From Schaalia meyeri (GTDB taxonomy: Bacteria; Actinomycetota; Actinomycetes; Actinomycetales; Actinomycetaceae), in contig NZ_FNLK01000005.1 of NCBI RefSeq assembly GCF_900105015.1, positions 90,001 through 122,000 of the forward strand: a stretch of DNA of 32,000 nucleotides. The letters are read 5' to 3'. Shown piece by piece: positions 17,031 to 26,134 of this stretch (position 1 is its first letter; the number at the start of each line of letters is the position of its first letter). A program made the translations under genes and the position numbers. Below the pieces are notes generated by a model. That model did not search any database. It was not told the DNA's origin and saw only the letters and a program-made list of their open reading frames with translations.

Positions 17031-17103
17031 GCGGATGTGGCTCAGTTGGTAGAGCATCACCTTGCCAAGGTGAGGGTCGCGGGTTCGAGTCCCGTCATCC
17101 GCT
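17031..17103 (+). tRNA. tRNA-Gly (GCC), copy 1
   Basis: Cloverleaf folded by hand. The acceptor stem is GCGGATG/CATCCGC, the anticodon loop is TTGCCAA and the T-loop is TTCGAGT. It is 73 nt with no encoded CCA. Confidence 0.9.
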
Positions 17104-17104
17104 C

Positions 17105-17176
17105 GGGCGATTGGCGCAGCGGGAGCGCGCTTCCCTGACACGGAAGAGGTCACTGGTTCGATCCCAGTATCGCCCA
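17105..17176 (+). tRNA. tRNA-Val (GAC)
   Basis: Acceptor stem is GGGCGAT/ATCGCCC, anticodon stem CTTCC/GGAAG, loop CTGACAC and T-loop TTCGATC. It is 72 nt and starts 1 nt after tRNA-Gly. No CCA is encoded. Confidence 0.88.
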
Positions 17177-17232
17177 CGGTCGTCCTGGCGACAGGATAGG
17201 CGGGCGTTCGCCCGGCCGCACAAGCGGTTCAC

Positions 17233-17305
17233 GCGGATGTGGCTCAGTTGGTAGAGCATCACCTTGCCAAGGTGAGGGTCGCGGGTTCGAGTCCCGTCAT
17301 CCGCT
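17233..17305 (+). tRNA. tRNA-Gly (GCC), copy 2
   Basis: All 73 nt are identical to 17031-17103. Confidence 0.9.
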
Positions 17306-17339
17306 CTCAGTCGGGAATCCACACGATCCCGTTGGGCGT

Positions 17340-17410
17340 GGTGGGTTGGCCGAGAGGCGAGGCAGCGGCCTGCAAAGCCGTCCACACGGGTTCGAATCCC
17401 GTACCCACCT
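17340..17410 (+). tRNA. tRNA-Cys (GCA)
   Basis: Acceptor stem is GGTGGGT/ACCCACC, D-arm TGGCCGAGAGGCGAGGC, anticodon loop CTGCAAA and T-loop TTCGAAT. It is 71 nt and resembles actinobacterial tRNA-Cys. Confidence 0.85.
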
Positions 17411-17411
17411 C

Positions 17412-17486
17412 GGGCGATTGGCGCAGGGGTAGCGCGCTTCCTTCACACGGAAGAGGTCACTGGTTCGATCCCAGTATCGCCCACCA
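17412..17486 (+). tRNA. tRNA-Val (CAC), with encoded CCA
   Basis: It has the same scaffold as tRNA-Val(GAC), with 4 differences in 72 nt. The anticodon loop is TTCACAC. It starts 1 nt after tRNA-Cys, and CCA is encoded at 17484-17486. Confidence 0.88.
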
Positions 17487-17490
17487 GATA

Positions 17491-17516
17491 AACCGGATCG
17501 TACGATCCGGTTTTTG
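17491..17516 (+). terminator. Rho-independent terminator of the tRNA array
   Basis: AACCGGATCG-TA-CGATCCGGTT is a perfect inverted repeat followed by TTTTTG, lying 5 nt after the last tRNA. Confidence 0.8.
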
Positions 17517-17785
17517 TGTGTCGAGGCCAGGCCGGCCTGGGAGCGTACGCTGTTTTATCCGAGCGGGCGGAGCCTCCATGCGCCGGTATGGCGTGTTCAA
17601 CGAACAGCGCTGTTTCTCCGGCAAACCTCGTCAATGAGGGGTCGGTCACAGCAATGCGATGGCGCGGGGCTGTAAGGAAGCGATGCGTTGAGCGCGGCGC
17701 GACGCCGTGACAAGCCGCCAACTAGGCGTGATGACGAGACGACGAGGAGATTCGCGGTGACACGCGTACTCGTCAGGAAAGTGGA

Positions 17786-18559
17786 TTACTTCGTGTCGAG
17801 GCTGGCCCACGCTTCGTACGATTTTTCCTGGGGGTGGTGCACTGCGGTGCACTTGAAATTAAAGACACCGCTACGCCCCGACGAGAGCGTCCCGTTAAAC
17901 TTACCCGTCATCAGAAACTGTGGTTCGCCAGCCTCGTTGGCGCCATCACGATCAACCTTCCAATCGTCGATGCTCCCCTTGCTGACACTCTGCATGAGGG
18001 CGTCCCGACACACCTCCTTGACGTTGCGCTCCTCTTCGCTGCTCACCTCGTTCGAAGAATTCTGCGACTTATTATCGGGCGCCGAAGAAGGGTTTTGTGC
18101 CGAGCCGGGATTGGGCTGAGTTGCGGAAGGCACGGGGGTAGCGCCACCCGGCGCTGTGGGTGAGGCGGAGCGATCCGAGGAGCGGTTTCCATTCTGGGTG
18201 AGGGCGAGTGCGAGAACTATCAACAAGATGAACGCCATCACGGCGCCGATAATGCCGATGATGAGCCCCTTCTTAGGGCCGCTCTGCTGTGGTTGTCCGC
18301 CGAAAGAACCGTAGGATCCGTTCGGGTAAGCCACTCCCTGGAGGGCGGGACCCTGAACGCCGTAGTAGCCCTGCTGAGGCTGCGGGGCCCAGCCGGGCTG
18401 ATTCTGGCCGTAGCCCGAGAATCCTCCGGTGGCGGGCGTCTGCTGAGCGGACCGCGGATCGTAGGGAGCGCCAAATTGCTGCCCGCCCGGATACGGGCCA
18501 GCCACACCATGCCCGGCGCCGGAAATGGGTTGCTGATTGGGGTCAAGAGGATTGGACAT
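17786..18559 (-). CDS. Pro/Gly/Gln-rich single-pass membrane protein with small two-Cys C-terminal domain (hypothetical; possibly DUF4333-like)
   Basis: The 257-aa product has GGGAG 5 nt upstream of its ATG. A low-complexity N-terminal 95 aa (PYPGGQQFGAPYD...QPQQGYYGVQGP) is followed by one transmembrane helix (LIIGIIGAVMAFILLIVLALAL). A Ser/Pro/Asn linker leads to a roughly 75-aa domain with 2 Cys (EVCRDAL...NFKCTAV). Confidence 0.7.
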   Translation of the reverse strand: MSNPLDPNQQPISGAGHGVAGPYPGGQQFGAPYDPRSAQQTPATGGFSGYGQNQPGWAPQPQQGYYGVQGPALQGVAYPNGSYGSFGGQPQQSGPKKGLIIGIIGAVMAFILLIVLALALTQNGNRSSDRSASPTAPGGATPVPSATQPNPGSAQNPSSAPDNKSQNSSNEVSSEEERNVKEVCRDALMQSVSKGSIDDWKVDRDGANEAGEPQFLMTGKFNGTLSSGRSGVFNFKCTAVHHPQEKSYEAWASLDTK

Positions 18560-18659
18560 GACGGCTCCCTGATGTCGATACGGTTGAGCGCTGGAAGGCG
18601 GATGTCAACGATTTATCCGGTGGAGGAAAACAAGTGCGGGGCAGGCCAAACGGCCGACG

Positions 18660-19475
<816 letters not shown>

Positions 19476-19498
19476 CTACCAGGCGCTAGGCTTGCGGT

Positions 19499-20776
19499 AT
19501 GACGATCGAATATCTGACGCGGCCTCGTCCGCTCACACCCCGAGAGGACATCCTGCCCGTGATCATCGGGGGAGACTTCGGGGTCTACGGAATCGGGCGC
19601 TGTTTCAACGAGGCCTTCGGTTGTGACTGCATCTGCGTCGGTTCGCAGCCGACCAAGTCGATTACCCGGTCGACCTTCTTCGACGTCCGGCACGTGGGCG
19701 CTCACGCAGACGACACGCAGCTGCTGGATGCCCTGATGACCATCGCGGGGGACCGTGGTGACAAGAAGCTCATTCTGATGGCCAATCACGACATTTTCTC
19801 CGCGTTCGTCGCCCGGAACATGGAGACTCTCTCGCCCCACTACGCGCTCCCGTTCCCCAGCAAAACTGTGATGGATAGCCTCACGGACAAGGCGGAGTTT
19901 GCTCGGGCCTGTGAGCGTGTGGGAATCAACACTCCCCGGACACTTGCCGTGGAATTCTCGGGGGGTAACGACGATGCCTGGTGCGCTCCGGAGATTCCCT
20001 TCGACTTCCCCGTGGTCGCCAAGCCTGCGAATGGCGAACCCTACGACATGCTTGAGTTTGAGGGAAAACGCAAGATTTGGTTCATCGATTCGCCCGCGCA
20101 GCTTGCGCAGCTGTGGGAGACCCTCAAAGACGTCGGTTTTCGGGACACTTTCCTGGTTCAGGAGCTCATTCCGGGAGATAACACGGCGATGCGGTCGATC
20201 ACCGCCTACGTCGACTCACGGGGCGAGGTCACCCTCATCGGGTCGGCTCGCGTGCTCCTCGAAGATCATGCGCCCACGATGATCGGTAACCCCGTCGCCA
20301 TGATCACCGAGGACTTCCCCTCGCTGTGGGCTGACGCGTGCGCGCTACTGACGCAAAACGGCTACCGCGGGTTCGCGAACCTCGATGTCAAGATCGATCC
20401 TAGCGACGGACGCGCCCTCTTCCTGGAGGTCAACCCGCGCATCGGGCGTAACAACTGGTACATGGCGGCAGCCGGTGCAAATCCGATGATTCCCATGGTT
20501 GCCGACCTCATCGACGGCGTGGCGTGCGAACAGGCTCAGGCAACCGACGAGATCCTCTATACGCTCGTTCCGGATTCCCTCCTCCTGCGCTACATCACGG
20601 ACGAGGACCTGCGTCGGAGGGTGAAGAGAATCATTCGGGAGGGTCGCCGCTTCGATCTCCTCCTGAACCCCATTGAGAAGGACCTGCGCCGAAACCTCAC
20701 CGTGTGGCTCCAAAAGCAAAACCACCGCCGTAAGTTTGCGCGCTATTACCCCGAGCCGACGGAGACCTCCTATTGA
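19499..20776 (+). CDS. ATP-grasp domain protein (carboxylate-amine ligase; candidate D-Asp/D-Glu-type peptidoglycan side-chain ligase)
   Basis: The 425-aa product begins VIIGGDFGVYGIGRCF, consistent with a pre-ATP-grasp domain. The central region FPVVAKPANGEPY...FLVQELIPGDN...GFANLDVKIDPSDGRALFLEVNPRIGRNN fits the ATP-grasp fold pattern (K, E-L-I-P-G, E-x-N). Specificity cannot be read from sequence. Confidence 0.7.
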   Translation: MTIEYLTRPRPLTPREDILPVIIGGDFGVYGIGRCFNEAFGCDCICVGSQPTKSITRSTFFDVRHVGAHADDTQLLDALMTIAGDRGDKKLILMANHDIFSAFVARNMETLSPHYALPFPSKTVMDSLTDKAEFARACERVGINTPRTLAVEFSGGNDDAWCAPEIPFDFPVVAKPANGEPYDMLEFEGKRKIWFIDSPAQLAQLWETLKDVGFRDTFLVQELIPGDNTAMRSITAYVDSRGEVTLIGSARVLLEDHAPTMIGNPVAMITEDFPSLWADACALLTQNGYRGFANLDVKIDPSDGRALFLEVNPRIGRNNWYMAAAGANPMIPMVADLIDGVACEQAQATDEILYTLVPDSLLLRYITDEDLRRRVKRIIREGRRFDLLLNPIEKDLRRNLTVWLQKQNHRRKFARYYPEPTETSY

Positions 20777-20819
20777 GCTCGAGTCCGCGGACTGCCTCTT
20801 TTGTCCCTCCACGACCTCG

Positions 20820-20846
20820 TTGATAGGGGAGAGCCCCTGCTAGACT
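20820..20846 (+). promoter_or_regulatory. Promoter-like element upstream of the Fem-family gene
   Basis: TTGATA is followed by 15 nt and then TAGACT, with a TGc extended -10 immediately upstream of the hexamer. The 15-nt spacer is short, so confidence is low. Confidence 0.3.
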
Positions 20847-20889
20847 GACCACCTACACGCGCCCTGTACTTTCGACGAACGAGGACACC

Positions 20890-21915
20890 ATGACGATCAC
20901 CGCACTCGTCCCCATCTCGCAGGATGACAAGACCGCTGCGGTCTCAGGATTCCAGGACCGTTCCATGCCCATCGAGCAGGCATGCGTGTGGGAGGCCTTT
21001 GAAGAATCCCAGGGGCACGGCGTGTGGGGCCGCTACGCATGGTGCGAAGACGATACGAAGGTCGCCTTCATTACCCTGTACAAGTATTCGGTGCGCGGCG
21101 TCCGTTACCTGTGGGCAAAGTGGGGGCCCGCGTGGATCAAGGAGGCTACCCCCGAACGTGAAGCGGCGCTACGAGCCGACCTGCTGCGCGAGATCAGGGC
21201 CAAGGATCGTTCCGTTGCCTTCGTGCGCCTGCACGCCATCTACCAGCACCCTGACCTGCGCATGCCGCTGCAAACCATCTCCTATGATCGCACGGTCGTC
21301 ATCGACACCTCGGGGAAGACCGAAGACGCGATTCTTGCCACCATGCCCAAGTCCGGCAGGCGATCGATCCGCAGCGGGCTGAAGAAGGGAAAGGCTGAGG
21401 GCGTCACCTTCCATGAGGACACCGCACACGCCGCATCCGTTATCGACGAGTACTACGCGGTCATGGAGGAAACGGCGCGGCGCGATGGCTTCCGCCCCCA
21501 CCCCAAGGCCGTTTACATGGACCTGCTGAGCACCCTTGGCCCCAAACATGCCCGCATCTTTTCCATGCGGGACGCACAAGGTAGCATCCTGTGCTGGGAC
21601 TTTTGCCTGGTCGAAGGCATCCGCGCGCAGGCCGAATACGGCGCATCCACCGAGGACGGTCGGCGTCTGCGACAACCCCCCGTCCTGGATTTCCTGGCCG
21701 CCGAATACCTTGCCCGCGACGGGGTGCGCGAATTTGACCTCATGGGCGCACATTCCCCCCGCTGCCCCGACCTGTTTCGCGTCGGCAAATACAAGATTGC
21801 CTTCGCCGCGCACGTCACAGATGTTCCCGGCGGTTGGGACATGCCCATCAAGAAGGGTACCTACCGGGCGCTGGCGGCGGCGAAAGCCATCAAGGACTGG
21901 CGTGGCCGCTCCTGA
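20890..21915 (+). CDS. FemXAB-family aminoacyl-tRNA-dependent peptidoglycan peptidyltransferase
   Basis: The 341-aa product shows the Fem-family pattern. Visible pieces are EQACVWEAFEESQGHGVW, YLWAKWGPAW (compare Y-x-PRGP), KSGRRSIRSGLKKGKAEGVTF, YYAVMEETARRDGF and AEYGASTEDGRRLRQPPVLDFLAAEYLARDGVREFDLMG. GAGGA lies upstream of the ATG. Confidence 0.75.
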   Translation: MTITALVPISQDDKTAAVSGFQDRSMPIEQACVWEAFEESQGHGVWGRYAWCEDDTKVAFITLYKYSVRGVRYLWAKWGPAWIKEATPEREAALRADLLREIRAKDRSVAFVRLHAIYQHPDLRMPLQTISYDRTVVIDTSGKTEDAILATMPKSGRRSIRSGLKKGKAEGVTFHEDTAHAASVIDEYYAVMEETARRDGFRPHPKAVYMDLLSTLGPKHARIFSMRDAQGSILCWDFCLVEGIRAQAEYGASTEDGRRLRQPPVLDFLAAEYLARDGVREFDLMGAHSPRCPDLFRVGKYKIAFAAHVTDVPGGWDMPIKKGTYRALAAAKAIKDWRGRS

Positions 21916-21934
21916 ACCGTGTGCCCCCGGGCGA

Positions 21935-21940
21935 TAGAAT
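21935..21940 (+). promoter_or_regulatory. -10-like hexamer TAGAAT upstream of thrS
   Basis: TAGAAT lies 48 nt upstream of the thrS GTG. AGAGGAG lies between it and the start codon. There is only a weak -35 (CTGAAC, 17-nt spacing). Confidence 0.4.
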
Positions 21941-21988
21941 CCCACCAACAGCGCAATCGCGCGTACCCATCGAACCAGAGGAGACACA

Positions 21989-23986
21989 GTGCCCGATATC
22001 TCGCTCGTCATCAACGGACAGCCCGAAACAGTGCCGGCGGGGACCACGGGCGCCACGTGGTTCGAAAAGACACGCGACGTTGTCGCAATCAAGGTCGATG
22101 GCACGCCTCGCGACCTGGCGACGCTGCTCGAAGAGGGGACGAGCGTCGAATCGATCACCCTCGATAGCGAAGACGGCCTGGACATCCTTCGCCACAGCGC
22201 CACTCACGTGCTCGCCCAGGCCGTCCAGGATGTCTTCCCCGACGTGAACCTCGGCATCGGACCGTTTATCACCGACGGTTTCTATTACGATTTCGGCAAC
22301 ATTGACGCGGTTACCCCCGAGCTGCTGCGCGAGCTGGAGAAGCGCATGAAGCGCATCATCAAGGAGGGACAGCGCTTCGTACGCCGCGAAATCGGTGAGG
22401 CCGAGGCCCGTGTCGAACTGGCCGACCAGCCCTACAAGCTTGAGCTGGTCACCACGAAGGGCAAGGGAGCGGAGGGGGCCTCCGTTGAGGTCGGTGGCGC
22501 CACCTTGAGCATGTACGACAACGTGCGCCGCGACGGCTCGGTCGCATGGAAGGACCTGTGCCGCGGCCCCCACCTGCCATCCACCAGGCTAATCGGTAAC
22601 GGCTTCGCCCTGACGAAGGCGTCCGCCGCCTACTGGAAGGGGAACCAGGACGGCGACCAGCTGCAGCGCATTTACGGCACCGCCTGGGCCTCAAAGGACG
22701 ACCTGATCGCCTACCAGGAGCGCATAAAGGAAGCGGAGCGCCGCGATCACCGCCGCCTCGGCACCGAACTGGACCTGTTCAGCTTCCCCGAGGAGATCGG
22801 TCCCGGCCTGCCCGTCTTCCACCCCAAGGGCGGCGTCCTCAAGCGCGTCATGGAGGACTACGTGCGCGAGTCGCACATCGCCAACGGCTTCCAGTACGTG
22901 GCCACGCCCCACATCTCCAAGGAGGAACTGTTCCACACCTCCGGCCACCTGCCCTACTACGCGGACGGCATGTTTCCCCCGATGGACGACCAGGGCCAGG
23001 CCTACTACCTGAAGGCCATGAACTGCCCGATGCACAACCTCATCTACCGCGCCCGCGGGCGGTCCTACCGGGAGCTGCCCCTGCGACTCTTCGAGTTCGG
23101 CACCGTCTACCGCGATGAGAAGTCCGGCGTGCTCCAGGGCCTCACCCGCGTGCGCTCCATCACCCAGGACGACTCGCACAGCTACGTCATGCCGGAGCAG
23201 GCGCAGGACGAGATCAAGCACCTGCTCACCTTCATCCTGCGCCTGCTCCAGGATTTCGGGCTCACCGACTTTTACCTGGAGCTGTCCACGCGCGACACCG
23301 ACGGCAAGAAGAAGGACAAGTTCATCGGCACCGATGAGCAGTGGGAGCAGGCCACCGCGATCCTGGAGCGCTGCGCCGCCGATACGGGTCTCCAGTGCGT
23401 GGCCGACCCGGGGGGCGCCGCGTTCTACGGCCCGAAAATCTCCATCCAGGCCAAGGACGCCATCGGGCGCACGTGGCAGATGTCCACCATCCAGTACGAC
23501 TTCAACCAGCCGCACCGCTTCGGCCTGGAATTCACGGCCCCCGACGGAACGCGCCGCGAGCCGGTCATGATCCACTCGGCAAAGTTTGGCTCCATTGAGC
23601 GCTTCATCGGAGTGCTCACCGAGCACTACGCGGGCGCGTTCCCGGCGTGGCTCGCCCCCGTCCAGGTGCGTTTGATCCCCGTTGCCGAGGCATTCGACGG
23701 ATACGTGAAAGACGTTGCCGCGAAGCTGCGCGAACGCGGGGTACGGGTCGAAACCGATCTCTCCGATGACCGTTTCGGCAAGAAGATTCGCAACGCGTCC
23801 AAGGAGAAGATTCCCTTCACACTCATCGCGGGCGGCGAGGACGTGGAGGCCGGAGCCGTGTCGTTCCGTCTGCGCGACGGGTCGCAACACAACGGAATCG
23901 TCGTTGATCGTGCGGTCGAACTGATCGACGCCCACATCAGGGGGCGCCACAACAGCGACCACATCGACGGCCTCGACCAGGCGTGA
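21989..23986 (+). CDS. thrS: Threonine--tRNA ligase
   Basis: The 665-aa product (GTG start, AGAGGAG upstream) has an N-terminal TGS domain. The editing-domain motif is [11 protein letters not shown]. Class II motifs are [27 protein letters not shown] and [11 protein letters not shown], and an anticodon-binding domain is at the C-terminus. Confidence 0.95.
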   Translation: MPDISLVINGQPETVPAGTTGATWFEKTRDVVAIKVDGTPRDLATLLEEGTSVESITLDSEDGLDILRHSATHVLAQAVQDVFPDVNLGIGPFITDGFYYDFGNIDAVTPELLRELEKRMKRIIKEGQRFVRREIGEAEARVELADQPYKLELVTTKGKGAEGASVEVGGATLSMYDNVRRDGSVAWKDLCRGPHLPSTRLIGNGFALTKASAAYWKGNQDGDQLQRIYGTAWASKDDLIAYQERIKEAERRDHRRLGTELDLFSFPEEIGPGLPVFHPKGGVLKRVMEDYVRESHIANGFQYVATPHISKEELFHTSGHLPYYADGMFPPMDDQGQAYYLKAMNCPMHNLIYRARGRSYRELPLRLFEFGTVYRDEKSGVLQGLTRVRSITQDDSHSYVMPEQAQDEIKHLLTFILRLLQDFGLTDFYLELSTRDTDGKKKDKFIGTDEQWEQATAILERCAADTGLQCVADPGGAAFYGPKISIQAKDAIGRTWQMSTIQYDFNQPHRFGLEFTAPDGTRREPVMIHSAKFGSIERFIGVLTEHYAGAFPAWLAPVQVRLIPVAEAFDGYVKDVAAKLRERGVRVETDLSDDRFGKKIRNASKEKIPFTLIAGGEDVEAGAVSFRLRDGSQHNGIVVDRAVELIDAHIRGRHNSDHIDGLDQA

Positions 23987-24585
23987 GAGACATGAACAGC
24001 GACGCTAACACCGACGGTGACGGCACGCCAGGTAGCCCGCTTCCGACCGAGGACGCCCGCTCTCTCGCGGGCGTCCCGGACGGTTTCGGTCGTTTCTGGA
24101 CCCCCTATCGGATGGCATACATCCACGGGGAGGGAAAACCGGCGGATTCATCGGATCGTACCTGCCCGTTTTGTATCGCCCCCGACAAGAGCGATGACGA
24201 GGGGCTCATCGTGTATCGGGGCCGGTCATGCTTCGTGCTCATGAACCTGTTTCCCTACAACTCTGGGCACATGCTCGTGTGCCCGTACCGTCATGTTTCC
24301 GACTATGCGTTCTTGAGCGATGAAGAACGCGTGGAGCTGGGAGAGCTCACGGCCACCGCCATGCGGGTGTGCCGCGAGGTCTCCGCTCCCGCGGGATTCA
24401 ACCTGGGAATGAATCAGGGTGAGGTGGCCGGTGCTGGGATTGCCGCTCACCTGCACCAGCACATCGTCCCACGCTGGCCGGGCGACGCGAACTTCCTGCC
24501 GATCATCGCGCGGACGAAGGCCGTGCCCGAGCTGCTTGAAGACGCGCGTGTGCGGCTCGCTTTTGCCTGGCCGAAGGAGGACTGA
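23983..24585 (+). CDS. HIT family protein (Ap4A phosphorylase-like, Rv2613c-type)
   Basis: The histidine triad is [12 protein letters not shown], and CPFC lies upstream. GTG 23983 overlaps the thrS TGA, and an in-frame ATG at 23992 is an alternative start. The position between thrS and pgsA matches the mycobacterial operon. Confidence 0.85.
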   Translation: MRDMNSDANTDGDGTPGSPLPTEDARSLAGVPDGFGRFWTPYRMAYIHGEGKPADSSDRTCPFCIAPDKSDDEGLIVYRGRSCFVLMNLFPYNSGHMLVCPYRHVSDYAFLSDEERVELGELTATAMRVCREVSAPAGFNLGMNQGEVAGAGIAAHLHQHIVPRWPGDANFLPIIARTKAVPELLEDARVRLAFAWPKED

Positions 24586-25211
24586 TGCTCGGAAATCACG
24601 GGCGTTCTATCGCGAAGACCGTCTTTACTCCTCTCGCGCGAATCTTAGCCAGGATGGGGGTCACTCCCAACATGGTGACGGTCGTCGGCACCGTCGCCTC
24701 GATCGCAATCGCGGTGATCTGCATTCCGAGGGGGTGGATTTGGCAGGGCGGCATCGCGTTGGCGGTCGTCATGTTCGGGGACGCAGTAGACGGGACCCTG
24801 GCCCGCATGACGACCGGTGGCACCCGATTCGGCGCGTTCCTGGATTCGACGCTTGATCGCTTGGCTGACGGTGCGGTCTTTGGCTCCCTCACCGCCTACG
24901 CGGTGTTTAACATGGCCGATACTCCCGTCCGCACGTGGACGATTATCGCGGGTATCTGCTCGATCGTCGGCGCCGCAACTGTTCCCTACGCGCGCGCCCG
25001 CGCGGAATCGGTCGGCGTCGTCGCGAAGCTTGGTATCGCCGAACGCGCGGACCGGTTGATCGTGGGCAACGGGTCGGCAATGATCATGAGCGTGGGCGCC
25101 CCGCAGTGGGTGTTCGCCCTCGGCCTGACGTGGGTCGCCTGTGCGTCCTTCGTGACAGTGTGCCAACGAATCTACTTCACCGCCCGCACGATCGATGAGG
25201 GAACGCGGTGA
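24585..25211 (+). CDS. pgsA: CDP-alcohol phosphatidyltransferase (phosphatidylinositol-phosphate synthase type)
   Basis: The motif D-x2-DG-x2-AR-x8-G-x3-D-x3-D is present as GDAVDGTLARMTTGGTRFGAFLDSTLDRLAD. The product is a 208-aa polytopic membrane protein. GAAGGAGG lies upstream, and the ATG shares a base with the HIT TGA. Confidence 0.9.
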   Translation: MLGNHGRSIAKTVFTPLARILARMGVTPNMVTVVGTVASIAIAVICIPRGWIWQGGIALAVVMFGDAVDGTLARMTTGGTRFGAFLDSTLDRLADGAVFGSLTAYAVFNMADTPVRTWTIIAGICSIVGAATVPYARARAESVGVVAKLGIAERADRLIVGNGSAMIMSVGAPQWVFALGLTWVACASFVTVCQRIYFTARTIDEGTR

Positions 25212-26134
25212 CCTTTTCGCCCCTGTCGCTCGCTTTTGCGATTGCGCCTCATATCCCCCTACGGGTCGTCATGCGCGCGGGGCACGTCGGCGCGGGGATT
25301 GCGGCGTGGCTCGGGGGACCATCTGTCCTTCGCCTGCGTTCGAACATCACCCGCCTCACGGGAATGGAACCTTCTCCCGGGTTCATGACGGCCGCCGTTC
25401 GATCGCACATCCGCAATTACGCGGAACAGCTGATGCTCGGCTCGCACAGGGGCAAACCCCTGGTGGAGGGCGTGAACTTCGAGGGCTTCGATTCTTTGGC
25501 GGCGGCCAGCGAGGACGGTCCGGTGGTCCTGGCCCTCGGTCATTCCGGTAGCTGGGACCGCGCGGGAGCGTGGGTCTGCTCGCAGGGACGCGGCATCGTG
25601 ACGGTGGCCGAGAAGGTGGAGCCTTCCTCGCTCTTTGATCGCTTCGTTGCCCTCCGCGAGGGACTGGGCATGGAGATCATCGGCGTGGGCAAGGGCGAAT
25701 CCGTCTTCTCCACCCTCGTTGAGCGGGTGCGCTCTCGCAGCGTCATTGTTCCGCTTCTGGCCGACCGCGACATTTCGGGTTCCGGCATCGAGGTGAACCT
25801 GGGACGCAGCCGCGCGCTGGTCGCGGCGGGTCCGGCTGCGCTGGCGATCAGGCTCGACCGCCCGCTCTTCGCCGCGTGTATTACCTACGAAAACGAAACG
25901 GCCACCGGCGCCGACGTGCGCGTGCGCTGCGTCGGTCCGATTGTCACGCCTGATCAGCTGGAATCGGGCGTCAATCGGGTCGAGGCGTTGACCCAGGCCT
26001 GGGTCGATGAGTTCGCGGCCATGATGGCGGGCAGTGCGCAGGACTGGCACATGATGCAGAGAGTGTTTGTCGACGACCTCGATCCTGATCGCCTGGCCCG
26101 AGCCAGGGCGGCGCACGAGAGGAGGAGTCGATGA
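25208..26134 (+). CDS. patA: Phosphatidylinositol mannoside acyltransferase (LpxL/HtrB-like lysophospholipid acyltransferase)
   Basis: The 308-aa product has the acyltransferase H-x4-D-type motif LALGHSGSWDRAG. It lies between pgsA and pimA, as Rv2611c does. Its GTG start overlaps the pgsA TGA. Confidence 0.8.
   Translation: MTFSPLSLAFAIAPHIPLRVVMRAGHVGAGIAAWLGGPSVLRLRSNITRLTGMEPSPGFMTAAVRSHIRNYAEQLMLGSHRGKPLVEGVNFEGFDSLAAASEDGPVVLALGHSGSWDRAGAWVCSQGRGIVTVAEKVEPSSLFDRFVALREGLGMEIIGVGKGESVFSTLVERVRSRSVIVPLLADRDISGSGIEVNLGRSRALVAAGPAALAIRLDRPLFAACITYENETATGADVRVRCVGPIVTPDQLESGVNRVEALTQAWVDEFAAMMAGSAQDWHMMQRVFVDDLDPDRLARARAAHERRSR

Noticed and set aside
17031-17305. The idea that the duplicated tRNA-Gly genes are dedicated cell-wall (non-proteinogenic) tRNA-Gly species feeding the nearby Fem-family enzyme, as in staphylococci.
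   Set aside because: Both copies are identical and have ordinary D- and T-arm features (GG in the D-loop, TTCGA T-loop). Nothing marks them as EF-Tu-evading isoacceptors. The Fem enzyme's substrate is also unknown.
16937-17637. Track ORFs 16937-17254, 17239-17637, 17095-17385 and 16986-17177, which span the tRNA array.
   Set aside because: They are read straight through five tRNA genes. The repeated peptide strings simply reflect the duplicated tRNA sequences.
21916-21988. A T-box leader or other riboswitch upstream of thrS.
   Set aside because: The intergenic region is only 73 nt, far too short for a T-box. It contains only a -10-like TAGAAT and a ribosome-binding site.
22691-23962. A 423-aa ORF antisense to thrS. 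Similar long antisense or out-of-frame ORFs include 21169-22203, 7856-8803, 25259-26116, 26449-27171, 28363-29109, 5125-5778 and 8087-8629.
   Set aside because: These are typical shadow ORFs of a high-GC genome. They lie fully inside well-supported genes on the other strand or frame, have Arg/Ala/Gly/Pro-rich compositions with no motifs, and lack ribosome-binding sites.
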